From: a virus
Direction: 5' to 3' (one strand)
Length of the DNA: 64,000 bases
IMG/VR virus record: IMGVR_UViG_3300033153_009650
Location: 25,130 to 89,129 of that record
Part shown: positions 46,997 through 57,141 of the stretch, one piece after another
Layout of the letters: every line of letters begins with the position of its first letter
Numbering within the stretch: position 1 is the first letter of the stretch
Position numbers and translations under genes: made by a program
Notes under the pieces: model-generated
The model's database searches: none
What the model saw: the letters and a program-made list of their open reading frames with translations, nothing else
Told to the model about the DNA's origin: nothing

Positions 46997-47853
46997 AACT
47001 TGGCGATATTTGCCAATTAATAAAGGGTCCTTATTCTGTGACTAATCCGGGGGCAGGGATATCAATCGAGAAATTTTCTCCGCTGGATGAAGCCACAAAC
47101 AATTCGCTTTCGTTTTGTGACGACCCAAGGGTGGGAAATTTTGCCCGCGCTCCTTTGGATATATTAGATAATGGGTATAGAGTAAAACCAAGTGATCAAG
47201 ATAAAGAGATAATATGGAAAAGGGTTAGAGAATCGGAAGCAGGAGTAATAATTTTACCAGATTATATGATGGGAAGCGTGTTTTATAAAGAAAAAACTTT
47301 TATCTTTGTGGAAAATCCACGGGTAGCTTTTATGAATGTTGTTAAACATTATTATCCTGGGAGGAATGATGGTATTCATCCAACTGCTGTCATTATGGAC
47401 TGTGTTGTTATAGGAAAGAGAGTAATGGTTGGACCTTATACTATTGTGGGTACTATCAGCGTTGCAAATCGCAGAGACAACAAAGGAAGATTGATTAATT
47501 TTCCACAGATAGGAAGAGTGATTATTGAAGATAATGTTGAAATTCATTCTCATGTTTGCATAGATCGTGGGGCTTTAGGGGACACAATTATTGGAGAAGG
47601 AACCAAAATAGATAATCTTGTTCATATTGCCCATAATGTAAAAATCGGGAAGCATTGTTTTATTGTTGCTAATGTTATGCTTGGAGGTTCATGTTCCATT
47701 GGAGACTACAGTTGGATTGCTCCTTCTGTTTCTATTCTAAATGGAATTAAGATAGGAAAGAATTGTACGATAGGAATGGGCTCTGTGGTAATGCACGATA
47801 TTCCTGATAACTCAGTTGCATATGGGGTTCCAGCAAAGGTAAAGAACCATTGA
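46984..47853 (+). CDS. LpxD-like left-handed beta-helix acyltransferase
   Basis: NPR.AF, IHPTA, IDRG...[17 protein letters not shown]. Confidence 0.9.
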   Translation: MDRIELGDICQLIKGPYSVTNPGAGISIEKFSPLDEATNNSLSFCDDPRVGNFARAPLDILDNGYRVKPSDQDKEIIWKRVRESEAGVIILPDYMMGSVFYKEKTFIFVENPRVAFMNVVKHYYPGRNDGIHPTAVIMDCVVIGKRVMVGPYTIVGTISVANRRDNKGRLINFPQIGRVIIEDNVEIHSHVCIDRGALGDTIIGEGTKIDNLVHIAHNVKIGKHCFIVANVMLGGSCSIGDYSWIAPSVSILNGIKIGKNCTIGMGSVVMHDIPDNSVAYGVPAKVKNH

Positions 47854-49484
47854 AAACAATTATTAGCTTAGAATACGAGCATATGAATTGGAGTTGGGGT
47901 AATATCTGTCAAGCTCTTTTGAAAGAATTAAGATCGGATTTTAAAATTGTATCAGTGGATTACAAATTATGGAGAAAGAGAAATATGAAAGCCGAAGAAA
48001 TAAAAGCTGATGGAGATTTCTACTTCCTAAGTCAGAATGTTGCGCAGCTTCAAGACCTAAAAGATTATAGAAAAGTCATATGTCGTTTAGGAGGCAACCT
48101 TTCTTTTGAAGATCAATCTCCAATTCGAGTTGAAAAGTATTTAAGGCGGATATCTAAGTGCTTTGCTGTTATTGCCACTAATGAAAAGCTGGCAGGAATA
48201 GCAAGACAGGTTCATAAAAAAGTTCATCTAATTCCTAATGGACTAAATCTGGAGGAATGGAAATTTAAAGAAAGAAAAGTTGAGGAATCTGTTTTAAAGG
48301 TGGGGTTTGTGGGTAATGTTCAGACCTTACAAAAAAGCAAATATAAAGGATATGGAATTATACAAAAGGCTTGTTCCGTTTTAGGTTATCCTTTGTATAC
48401 AGCTCTCTATAAGGATAATCAGATTCCTTATAAACAAATGCAGGAAAAGTTTTATGATAAGATCGATGTTCTTGTTTTATTAACAGACGGAGAAGGATGT
48501 AGTAACGCTGTTATGGAAGCTCTTGCTTGTGGGATACCTGTTATAACAACAAAGGAAGCAGGATACCATGGAGAGAAGATGGTGCATAGGGAGAACGTTT
48601 TGTTTTGCAGAAAGTTTAAAAAGTTTCTTATATCCCAATTAGAAGAATTAAAAAATGATAAGATTCTTTTTAAGAAGATTTCTTTGGGAGGGCGTAAGTT
48701 TGCTGAAGAACATCATGATATAAAAGTAATTGCTAAAGAGTATCGAAAAATATTTTTAGAATGTTCTGAACAATCTCCTGTTGCTTTGAAGCAACTTTTG
48801 AGCAAGATGAAAGCAGCTAAATCCAGACGGAGTGGTGTTCCTGAAGATGTTACTGTTATGTGTGTTTTAAAATCCGGAGGTATTTTTACAAAAGAGTGGG
48901 TATTGAAATTAAAGAATACGCTTGAGCGAAATGTAACTACTTCTTTTGATTTTGTTTGTCTTACTGATTTTGATAATGTTGATGGCTGTAGAACAATAAA
49001 GTTGAAAGACGATTTGCCAGGTTGGTGGTCTAAAATAGAACTTTTTAGGGAGGGGTTAGTTGATACGAAAAATATAATTTACTTTGATCTTGATACTATC
49101 ATTCTCAGAAATATTGATGATTTATTTTTAATCCCTCTTAATTTTGTTGCCTTACAACCTTGGAATATTACGAGTAGAATAAATCGCCACCTTGCATCTG
49201 GTATAATGGGCTGGAGAAATGGAGATTATTCTTTTATTTATGATAAGTTTATATTTCAGGAGATAGAAGAACAATCTTTTAGTGGAGATCAAGAATATAT
49301 TTCAAGAGCACTATCTCAAGAGAATAAAACTTATCAACCTCTTCAAAAATTAATCCAGGGTATTTTCTCTTACAAAAGAGATTGTCGGCAAAAGTTACCT
49401 GGAGGAGCAAGAATTGTTTGCTTTCATGGAAATCCGTCATTGGACAGAGTCAGAAGGAAGTGGGTAAAAAGACATTGGAGATAA
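47850..49484 (+). CDS. GT4 glycosyltransferase fused to GT8-like GT-A domain
   Basis: [14 protein letters not shown]; [29 protein letters not shown]. Confidence 0.88.
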   Translation: MKTIISLEYEHMNWSWGNICQALLKELRSDFKIVSVDYKLWRKRNMKAEEIKADGDFYFLSQNVAQLQDLKDYRKVICRLGGNLSFEDQSPIRVEKYLRRISKCFAVIATNEKLAGIARQVHKKVHLIPNGLNLEEWKFKERKVEESVLKVGFVGNVQTLQKSKYKGYGIIQKACSVLGYPLYTALYKDNQIPYKQMQEKFYDKIDVLVLLTDGEGCSNAVMEALACGIPVITTKEAGYHGEKMVHRENVLFCRKFKKFLISQLEELKNDKILFKKISLGGRKFAEEHHDIKVIAKEYRKIFLECSEQSPVALKQLLSKMKAAKSRRSGVPEDVTVMCVLKSGGIFTKEWVLKLKNTLERNVTTSFDFVCLTDFDNVDGCRTIKLKDDLPGWWSKIELFREGLVDTKNIIYFDLDTIILRNIDDLFLIPLNFVALQPWNITSRINRHLASGIMGWRNGDYSFIYDKFIFQEIEEQSFSGDQEYISRALSQENKTYQPLQKLIQGIFSYKRDCRQKLPGGARIVCFHGNPSLDRVRRKWVKRHWR

Positions 49485-49485
49485 T

Positions 49486-50244
49486 ATGAAAATTTTTAAT
49501 CCGATATTGATTACTGGCGCGGCACGATCCGGAACTTCCCTGGTTGCTGGTATTGTGAATATGAGTGGGGCATGGGGAGGAGATTTAGCTGGTCCGACAA
49601 GATTTAACAGAAGAGGAATGTTTGAAAATACACAAATCAGAAACGATCTTGTTAAGCCTTTTTTGAAAGATGCAGGCTGTGATCCAATGGGGCAAAAGCC
49701 TCTTCCAAGAATACGAAGACAACTCCAAGGTAATGATGCAATTCTTATAGGCTTTGGTAATGGCGATCGTTTTGTATCTGTCAATACTCATTTAGCTGCT
49801 ATATGGATGCATAACCTTGAAGAAATCTTGAAAAGTCAAGGATATAATGGGCAAAGGTTTTTTTACAAGGGGGCAAAAATGTGTTTGATGTGGCCTTTGT
49901 GGCATCTTCTTTTTCCTGAAGCTAAGTGGATAATTGTTAGAAGGGATGTTGAAGATATTGTCAGATCTTGTTTAAGAACTTCTTTTATGAGAGCTTTTCA
50001 AACGCGTTCTGGTTGGCTTAATTGGGTTTCTGTTCATGAAAGAAGGTTTGAAGAAATGTATGAACAGAAATTAGATATAAGGGAGGTATGGCCACAACGT
50101 ATGATGAATGGAGATTTTTCTGAAATGCAAAATGTGATTAACAGTCTTGATTTAGAATGGGATCTTGAAAAAGCAAAAGCCTTTGTAGATCCTAATCTTT
50201 GGAATAGGGGCAAACGAGATGGTAGTAAGAGTAGTAAAGAATAA
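49486..50244 (+). CDS. sulfotransferase-family protein
   Basis: ITGAARSGTS PAPS-binding loop; FP.AKWIIVRR..DIV.S. Confidence 0.82.
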   Translation: MKIFNPILITGAARSGTSLVAGIVNMSGAWGGDLAGPTRFNRRGMFENTQIRNDLVKPFLKDAGCDPMGQKPLPRIRRQLQGNDAILIGFGNGDRFVSVNTHLAAIWMHNLEEILKSQGYNGQRFFYKGAKMCLMWPLWHLLFPEAKWIIVRRDVEDIVRSCLRTSFMRAFQTRSGWLNWVSVHERRFEEMYEQKLDIREVWPQRMMNGDFSEMQNVINSLDLEWDLEKAKAFVDPNLWNRGKRDGSKSSKE

Positions 50245-50258
50245 TATAGGAGAATAAA

Positions 50259-50624
50259 ATGTCTACGCGTGTAACAAGCGATGAGGTTAAGGAGATTATT
50301 GATACTGATATTTCTGACATATCAACTTTTATAACAGCCGCTAATTTAATTGTTACTGATAAGTTAGGTTCGGCAGGTTTGAGTTCTGCCTTGATGAAAG
50401 AAATAGAACGATGGCTCTCGGCCCACTTCGTCGCTATCAGAGATCAGATGCCACAATCAGAAAAGACAGGAGAGAGTTCAATTAAATATCAAGGTAAAAC
50501 AGATATGGGGCTTGATTTTACTTCTTATGGCCAACAGGTCAAACTTCTGGATACTTCAGGGATATTGGTGGCTCTTGGTAAAAGAGCAGCGGAGTTTATT
50601 GCTCTTGATTTAGATTTAGACTAA
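50259..50624 (+). CDS. head-tail adaptor
   Basis: IE.WLSAHF, T.YGQQ...LD.SG. Confidence 0.8.
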   Translation: MSTRVTSDEVKEIIDTDISDISTFITAANLIVTDKLGSAGLSSALMKEIERWLSAHFVAIRDQMPQSEKTGESSIKYQGKTDMGLDFTSYGQQVKLLDTSGILVALGKRAAEFIALDLDLD

Positions 50625-50638
50625 AAAAAAGGAGGGGG

Positions 50639-51028
50639 ATGAAAATGAAAAAATTGTTAAGGATAGGACTTGCGGCTTTTGTGCTATTTGCTTTTCTTTC
50701 AATAGCACAGGCGGCTGATTATGTGACCGCCACAATTAGTAGCGCTCCGCCTGCGGCAGGAACCTGGACTGATGGTATTGCTCCTGCTCTTAAAGCAAGA
50801 GGGGGATTTTTAAGCATTACTATTTCTGGTACTTGGGTAGCAACCGTTACTCTCCAATGTTCGACCGATGCGGGTGTAACATATAGTGACGTTGATTATA
50901 CTTGGACCTCGAATATTCGAAGAGCTTTAGTTGATCCAGAAGCAGGAGTAAGATACCGAATTGGAGTTAAGAATGGGGATTATACTTCTGGTTCTGTTAT
51001 TGTTCGATTAGGTCGAATGAAAAAGTAA
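50639..51028 (+). CDS. beta-rich protein with signal peptide
   Basis: MKKLLRIGLAAFVLFAFLSIAQA; GTWVATVTLQ.S.D. Confidence 0.65.
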   Translation: MKMKKLLRIGLAAFVLFAFLSIAQAADYVTATISSAPPAAGTWTDGIAPALKARGGFLSITISGTWVATVTLQCSTDAGVTYSDVDYTWTSNIRRALVDPEAGVRYRIGVKNGDYTSGSVIVRLGRMKK

Positions 51029-51037
51029 GGAAAGGAG

Positions 51038-52786
51038 GTGGAGAAAGTGAAAAAGACTTTTTTGATTTTAGTTTTGGGTTTTTTGTTAGGGCTCCTTCCC
51101 TTACAAATCCACGCTGGACAGTTTGGTGAAGATTTGGGTCTTTTGGGGGTTGGAAATGTAATTAATACCGCTCCTGAGTATTGGGATAATATTACAAACA
51201 AGACCCCATCCGCAAATGCTTTATATGATTATTTTATTATATTTGATCCTGATCTTGATGGGACTATAGAGGGAGGAGAAGTAAAATTAAATACTGTTGG
51301 TTCTCCTGCTTACGACGATGTTCAAGATTGGTTGAATACAACGCAATCTGCAGGGATCCTTTCTGGAGGAGAACTTACGGATGCTGGAGCCAGTGGGGTT
51401 ACAGTTTCGGCTGGTCAAGGATTTATCAAATTGACAGACAGCGAAATTGGAGAAGTGGCGTTCTTCAGTTGGGCGGAAACTCTCGTACCTTTGACTGATG
51501 CGGTTTTAAATTATATTTATGTAACTACTTCTGGTGTGACATCAACCACGACAGATTCAGATATAAATCATACAACGGAACTTCGACTTGGAAAAGTTTA
51601 TAAAGATGGAAGTGAATTGCATATGCTTACTGGGGGAACTGATGCTTATAATTTAGCACGTAAAGTTCATCGTAGATTGGGAAAAGTAGACGGTTTTGCG
51701 AGAGGGGCCGGTCTTGTTCTTGGTGATGGGGGGAATCAAACTATTACAATTACGGCTGGAACATTTTTTAAGGGGTTAAATGAATTTAATGTAGACTCTT
51801 TTGATTCTGCTATGTCTCCATTTTCGACTTGGTATTATGACGGTTCTGCTTGGGTAGAAACAACTGGGGTCACTGAAGTGAGTATTACTCAGTATAACAA
51901 TACAGCTTCTGGTCTTGCAAATTTAACTTCTTCAGATAAATATGGAGTCCATTTTGTTTACATTCATGAGGATGAAGATGTCCATGTAGTATATGGACAA
52001 GATAAATATAAATTAGCAGAAGCTCAAGTAACAACTCTCCCTTCAAGTTTACCAGCTAAAGTATCTCTTATGGGAGCTGCGGTAGGTAGGATAATTGTTG
52101 AGAAGGACGTTGTTACTTTTAAAGAAGTTTCTGACTATTGGAAGGAGGGGTTTGAAGCTTCTGGAGTTGTAGATCACAATGGATTAGCAAATCTGCAAGG
52201 GGGAGAGGTTGATCAATATTACCATTTAACAAATGCTCAACATGGGGATCTTACTACAGGATATAGAACGATTTATGTTCCTGCTAATGTAATGACCCCG
52301 ACAGCTACGGATTTTGCAACTGCTGGTACTCATGAGTATGCGACGAATGATGTCAACCTTGATTATTATTCGTTCGATGGGGCGACCAGACAGTATATTG
52401 AATATAGTCGAGTGTTAGATGCTCAGTGGGATCTTTCGACTATTAAGTTTAAGTTTTATTGGACCCCTGGAGCAAGCTCTTGTACTGCGGGGGATACAGT
52501 TGAATGGGCAGTAACAGCAGAAGCTGTATCTGATGACGATCCTATTGATGTAGCCTCTGGAGTTAGCCAGGTCGTATCTGATACTGTAACTGCTGGTAAG
52601 AATGGGGATATGCATATCACGGCGGCTACACCAGCATTAACTGTTGCGGGTACTCCTGCCTCTGGAGACCTAATCCATTTTAAATTTAGCAGGAATGTAA
52701 ATGGAATTGATGATATGGAGGAGAAGGGATGGTTGGTTGGAGTCTTTTTTCAATATCGAATAGGCACTATTCCAGCGGCATGGTAG
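51038..52786 (+). CDS. fibre/appendage-like protein with signal-peptide-like N-terminus
   Basis: KKTFLILVLGFLLGLLPLQIHA; HN.L..LQGG...YYHL fibre motif; beta-rich. Confidence 0.6.
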   Translation: MEKVKKTFLILVLGFLLGLLPLQIHAGQFGEDLGLLGVGNVINTAPEYWDNITNKTPSANALYDYFIIFDPDLDGTIEGGEVKLNTVGSPAYDDVQDWLNTTQSAGILSGGELTDAGASGVTVSAGQGFIKLTDSEIGEVAFFSWAETLVPLTDAVLNYIYVTTSGVTSTTTDSDINHTTELRLGKVYKDGSELHMLTGGTDAYNLARKVHRRLGKVDGFARGAGLVLGDGGNQTITITAGTFFKGLNEFNVDSFDSAMSPFSTWYYDGSAWVETTGVTEVSITQYNNTASGLANLTSSDKYGVHFVYIHEDEDVHVVYGQDKYKLAEAQVTTLPSSLPAKVSLMGAAVGRIIVEKDVVTFKEVSDYWKEGFEASGVVDHNGLANLQGGEVDQYYHLTNAQHGDLTTGYRTIYVPANVMTPTATDFATAGTHEYATNDVNLDYYSFDGATRQYIEYSRVLDAQWDLSTIKFKFYWTPGASSCTAGDTVEWAVTAEAVSDDDPIDVASGVSQVVSDTVTAGKNGDMHITAATPALTVAGTPASGDLIHFKFSRNVNGIDDMEEKGWLVGVFFQYRIGTIPAAW

Positions 52787-52796
52787 GGGGTAAATA

Positions 52797-54686
52797 ATGA
52801 AAAAATATTTAATTCCTATATTAGTTTTCCTCGGATTATTCTACTACACCTATGCCTCCAGTTGGGATGCTCGCAGGGCTATGCGACCAAAGTTCTCTAT
52901 TCCTCAAGAGACTTCCACAAGACCGGTGATTGACTGGCATGGAGAACTTGGCGAAGGGACCTTCACCCGCAACAGCCCTGTCAACTATTGGGGTACTGAC
53001 GGGGTTATGCACTCAGGGGTAACTGATGAGGAAGTTTATCAGTGCGTGGGCATGAGCGGTACAACTCCGGCCTATAATTGTGCAAACTGTGAGCTTGCTG
53101 GCTTGCGTGAACCTGCTTCGACCAATAGCATCCTGGGAGCGAGGGACTGTGATAATGCGGCTATTTGGACGCTCACGGCAAGTGCTACTCAAGACCAGAC
53201 AGGAATATTTGGGGATGCGAATAGCGGGGTGAGCTGTACTGATGATGATGGAGCTGCTGTTGAATATATAGTTCAAGACATTGTTATACCTGATGACAGT
53301 AATACATATACTTTCTCAGTTTACATAAAAAAGGATAGTAACGAAGCCCGATTCCCTATGGCTAATATTCGTGTTGTCGGTGGAAGCGCGATTAAGCATA
53401 AAGTTATGCTTAATACTAAAACTGGGAATTGGAATGAGATAGATGATGAAGGTTCTGATAATGTAGGCGTAATTAATTGTGGAGATTGGTGGAGATTTTG
53501 GGCAGGTGTTACTAATAATGGAAGTGGAAATACTAAATTCCAAGTCTTTCTTTATCCTGCTGGAGGAACAGCTTGGGGTATACAAGACGTTGCCGCCACC
53601 GGCACCATAATCGTAGACGGTATCCAGGTTGAGCTAAACACAAAAGCCCCTTCCAGCTTTATCGACACCCAGGGCGCTCCTGTCACCCGTGCTACAACTT
53701 CGGGCTATCCGAGGTACACCCTGCCGACCAATACGTTTGCGGAGAGTTTGGGGGCGGAGTTGGTATTAAACCCTGGACTTGAAACTGGTGGTACAGGTGG
53801 AAATTTCAATGGTGGAGCTGAAATAGATGACAATACTCAGGACGGTTTTACAAGTTGGACGGTATCCGCTGATGATGGAAACAGAAGAGTTGAAGCTACA
53901 GCCACAAAGCATGGCGGGAACTATGCTGCTAAATTATATCGTATCACAGATTCACCTGTCATCAATCAGGCTTTTAGCGTAACTTCAAATGCTTTATATA
54001 AATGCTCAGTTTGGACGCAGGGTGATGGAACTAACAGTATTCGATTCAAGGTTGCAGATAATACCAATGCTGTTACTTTGTATGATGAATTTACTGGATT
54101 GACCGCAGCAGCATATAATCAATTTACTATTTATATTGCAGCTCCTCCAACCTGTACCGAATTTAAGGTTTATGCTCGTAATATTATAAGTGGAACGACT
54201 CTTTATGTTGATGATTTTTCTTGCAAACAAGTCACCAAAGCCCGTAATGATCAACCCTGTCCTGGCACGGCTGTTATTTGGTGGAGGCCAGGGTTTAATA
54301 TTCCTGCTGGTGGAGATAAAGCTATATTATCCCTTAAAAACAGCGACTTCAGTTTATTACGACATAATAATGTAGGGTTTTATTCCTATGATGGTTCAGT
54401 TGAAGTGGGCAAAAATATCGCTTTTACATCAGGTTCTTGGTATAAGTTAGTTATTCAGTGGGGTTACTTGGTCTCTAATGCGGCAAAGTATCGAGTGGGG
54501 TATGACAATGGCTCTGGGATTACATGGGGGACAGCGGGCAATTATGATGGAGCTTTTGATACTACTGGAAATCTTTTAAAAATTACACATAATATGGAAG
54601 GCCCCATGCACACCAAACGCCTTGCGATATTTGACCGGATACTAAGTGATGCAGAAATAAACGCTATGGGAAGTCCAATTAACTAA
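52797..54686 (+). CDS. carbohydrate-binding / LamG-like receptor-binding-type protein with signal-peptide-like N-terminus
   Basis: G...EPASTN, Q.E......SSFI.T....VTR, ELV.NPG.E, C-terminal IFDRILSDAEI. Confidence 0.65.
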   Translation: MKKYLIPILVFLGLFYYTYASSWDARRAMRPKFSIPQETSTRPVIDWHGELGEGTFTRNSPVNYWGTDGVMHSGVTDEEVYQCVGMSGTTPAYNCANCELAGLREPASTNSILGARDCDNAAIWTLTASATQDQTGIFGDANSGVSCTDDDGAAVEYIVQDIVIPDDSNTYTFSVYIKKDSNEARFPMANIRVVGGSAIKHKVMLNTKTGNWNEIDDEGSDNVGVINCGDWWRFWAGVTNNGSGNTKFQVFLYPAGGTAWGIQDVAATGTIIVDGIQVELNTKAPSSFIDTQGAPVTRATTSGYPRYTLPTNTFAESLGAELVLNPGLETGGTGGNFNGGAEIDDNTQDGFTSWTVSADDGNRRVEATATKHGGNYAAKLYRITDSPVINQAFSVTSNALYKCSVWTQGDGTNSIRFKVADNTNAVTLYDEFTGLTAAAYNQFTIYIAAPPTCTEFKVYARNIISGTTLYVDDFSCKQVTKARNDQPCPGTAVIWWRPGFNIPAGGDKAILSLKNSDFSLLRHNNVGFYSYDGSVEVGKNIAFTSGSWYKLVIQWGYLVSNAAKYRVGYDNGSGITWGTAGNYDGAFDTTGNLLKITHNMEGPMHTKRLAIFDRILSDAEINAMGSPIN

Positions 54687-54696
54687 AGGAGAGGAA

Positions 54697-54855
54697 ATGA
54701 AAACAAGAATAGCAATACTTCCAAAGCCAGTTGATTACGGTAGGTCTTTAAACATCAAATCAGGGTTGCCAAAACAGAAAGTAAACAATGTCAATATTTT
54801 CAAAGGGATACTAAGTGGTGCGGAAATAAACGCTATGGGTTCACCTTCTAATTAG
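54697..54855 (+). CDS. 52-aa ORF duplicating the C-terminus of the upstream gene
   Basis: IFKGILSGAEINAMGSPSN versus IFDRILSDAEINAMGSPIN. Confidence 0.55.
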   Translation: MKTRIAILPKPVDYGRSLNIKSGLPKQKVNNVNIFKGILSGAEINAMGSPSN

Positions 54856-54866
54856 AGGAGTTTAAA

Positions 54867-55013
54867 ATGGGAGCATACCTTAGTCTTTTTATGATAGTTG
54901 TTGGTTGTATCGTTCACGAATTACCAGTAGGGACATTCCTGCACATAGTAGGATTGATTTTGGCTTTTTCAGGCACAGCTTTGCTCACATATAATTTAGG
55001 GAGGGACGAATAA
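54867..55013 (+). CDS. small membrane protein (2 TM)
   Basis: MGAYLSLFMIVVGCIV...IVGLILAFSGTALL; RBS GAGGAG. Confidence 0.55.
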   Translation: MGAYLSLFMIVVGCIVHELPVGTFLHIVGLILAFSGTALLTYNLGRDE

Positions 55014-55171
55014 TGGTAGAAGTTCCTATATGGTCTCCAGTAATTTTGATAGTAGTGGCTGTATTGGCATACGGCTTAGGTCGTATTCACGAAAGTCTTA
55101 AAGGAGATAAAAAGAATGAAAAAGAAATGGGCAAAAGTCTTAACAGTCAAATGGCCGAACTGTCTGGTTAA
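55013..55171 (+). CDS. small membrane protein (1 TM)
   Basis: MVEVPIWSPVILIVVAVLAYGLG; TAATG coupling. Confidence 0.5.
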   Translation: MVEVPIWSPVILIVVAVLAYGLGRIHESLKGDKKNEKEMGKSLNSQMAELSG

Positions 55172-55415
55172 TCCCAAAGCCGAAGGAGTTGGGGAGATGA
55201 AATTCAGCAGCAACTTTATCAACATGAACTTCCTGATCTCCTGCATATACTTTGTAGTAGCCAGCATAATAGGCCATGTCTACTGGATACTCAACCGTGG
55301 GTTTTACACTGTAGTCAAACTATCCGATGTAGGGTACATGAGTCTATGGCTTATATTTTTAGGGTTGGTCCTATGGTACATAAAACTGCCAAGAGAAAGA
55401 AAGACAAAGTTGTAA
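55116..55415 (+). CDS. small membrane protein (2 TM)
   Basis: Two hydrophobic stretches; may start at internal MKFSS. Confidence 0.5.
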   Translation: MKKKWAKVLTVKWPNCLVNPKAEGVGEMKFSSNFINMNFLISCIYFVVASIIGHVYWILNRGFYTVVKLSDVGYMSLWLIFLGLVLWYIKLPRERKTKL

Positions 55416-55460
55416 TACCAAATCAAGAAGGGTTGAATCAGTTAATGGGAAAGTAACAAA

Positions 55461-55796
55461 ATGACTCATTACTTAATTAAGAATTTAAAACAGACAGCAA
55501 CTTATTGGGGCAGTCCTGTTGCCAGTGGTTCTGGAGGATATACTTTTGCTTCTCCTGTCGCTGTAGATGTCAGATGGGAAAAGAGACAAGAATTATTTAT
55601 AACGGCCGAAGGAAAGGAAGAATTAAGCAAGGCTGTTGTCTATATTGGACAGGACGTTGTCCTTAACGGATATTTATATCTTGGAACTTCAACAGAAGCA
55701 AATCCAAAGGATCAAGAAGGATCTTTTGAGATAAGAGCATTTAGTAAAATTCCAACTCTAAAAGGAAATTACTATCAGAGGAAGATATGGCTGTAA
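55461..55796 (+). CDS. head-closure/stopper protein
   Basis: QTATYW, VRWE, G.E..S.AVVY; position. Confidence 0.75.
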   Translation: MTHYLIKNLKQTATYWGSPVASGSGGYTFASPVAVDVRWEKRQELFITAEGKEELSKAVVYIGQDVVLNGYLYLGTSTEANPKDQEGSFEIRAFSKIPTLKGNYYQRKIWL

Positions 55797-56161
55797 GATT
55801 AAATACATTAACCGGAACAGATAAAGTCCTAAGAAATCTCAATAAAGAAATTAAGGGTATTCGAGGCAGAACGAAAGCGGGTTTAATGGCAGCAGGTCTG
55901 GTTGTAAAGCGAAGATCTATGATACGGACTCCTGTTGATACAGGTAATCTTATTAATAGTGCTTACATAACTCCAACAGGGACAAGAACAAAGCCAGGAG
56001 TTGAGATTGGTTATACAGCTTCTTATGCTCCATACGTTCATGAGATACAGAGGAGTTATAAGAAGCCTGGTAGTTCGTGGAAGTTTTTAGAAAAAGCTTT
56101 GAAAGAATCGGTCAAAGATATAGTACAAATCATTAGAGACCATGCGAGGATAAGAAGATGA
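55787..56161 (+). CDS. HK97 gp10-like neck protein
   Basis: TPVDTGNL..SA, YAPYVHE, KFLE. Confidence 0.88.
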   Translation: MAVRLNTLTGTDKVLRNLNKEIKGIRGRTKAGLMAAGLVVKRRSMIRTPVDTGNLINSAYITPTGTRTKPGVEIGYTASYAPYVHEIQRSYKKPGSSWKFLEKALKESVKDIVQIIRDHARIRR

Positions 56162-56544
56162 ATCCGCCTTCAGAAGATATTGTAGAAATATTAGAACAAA
56201 GCGGTGTTGGAATAGGAACTTTTGCTACTGATCTTTTCCTTCATCAAATGCCAGATACACCAGACGCTTGTATCTCTGTTCATGACACGGGGGGATTTGA
56301 TCCTGAGCCTCATAATTACAATAAACCAACAGTTCAGGTTCGAGTTCGGGGAGATAAGATGGGCTATCTTGATGCATGGAATCAAGCTGAAGATATAAAA
56401 GACGCCTTGCATGAATTGACTAATGAAACTTTTGGAGGCACCAGATATATTCAGATTATGATGCAAGGAGATATCCTGGATATTGGCGATGATGAAAAGG
56501 GGAGGCCCGTACTTACGTTAAATTTTCTTGTTCATAGGTCATAA
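56158..56544 (+). CDS. tail terminator (minor capsid 3-like)
   Basis: MPDTPD, DTGG, PTVQVRVRG, D...RP....NF. Confidence 0.82.
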   Translation: MNPPSEDIVEILEQSGVGIGTFATDLFLHQMPDTPDACISVHDTGGFDPEPHNYNKPTVQVRVRGDKMGYLDAWNQAEDIKDALHELTNETFGGTRYIQIMMQGDILDIGDDEKGRPVLTLNFLVHRS

Positions 56545-56697
56545 GGAAAATCGCTATGACAATCAATTTTCTTTTAAAGATCTATAAAAGGTATGGATTA
56601 GAAGATGTTTATTGATTGTCGCCTATGTCTCAACAGGATTCTGGTGGTTAAATACTAATCTTTTAACTTTAAATCTAAGAGAAAGGAGGTAAGGACC

Positions 56698-57120
56698 ATG
56701 ACAACTAATGCTTTTAGTGGTGTAGGGACGGTATTTTCACGAGGAGATGGCTCAAGTAATGAAAGTTTTGATCCAATTGCAGAAATTAATTCTATTGCTG
56801 GGCCGGATAAAACCAGAGATACCATCGATGTTACCAGTTTAGATTCAGCTGGAGGTTATCGCGAGTTCATAACTACTTTTCGTAATGCTGGAGAGATTAC
56901 TCTTGAAATGAATTTCACCAGAGCCGGTTATGAAGATATGGATGATGACTTTGAAAGCGATGATTCGGTAAATTATCGAGTCGTTCTGCCGGACACGGGC
57001 GCGACGCAACTTGATTTTGCAGCGTATGTGGTTGCTCTTGGAATGGCTGTTCCGCTGGATGATAAGGTAACGGCAAGTGTTACCATAAAAATTACTGGTC
57101 AGGTGACATTAACTTCGTAA
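56698..57120 (+). CDS. major tail tube protein
   Basis: IAEI.SI.GP, IDVTSLDS.GG.REFI, I.ITG. Confidence 0.9.
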   Translation: MTTNAFSGVGTVFSRGDGSSNESFDPIAEINSIAGPDKTRDTIDVTSLDSAGGYREFITTFRNAGEITLEMNFTRAGYEDMDDDFESDDSVNYRVVLPDTGATQLDFAAYVVALGMAVPLDDKVTASVTIKITGQVTLTS

Positions 57121-57141
57121 ATTTGAAAGGAGGAACAGATT

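Noticed and set aside
45371-47853. Host LPS/capsule locus indicating a prophage boundary or chimera
   Set aside because: Flanked on both sides by co-oriented, tightly coupled phage structural genes with similar composition.
54630-54855. Diversity-generating retroelement VR/TR pair
   Set aside because: The repeat is short, includes non-adenine synonymous changes, and no reverse transcriptase is present in the window.
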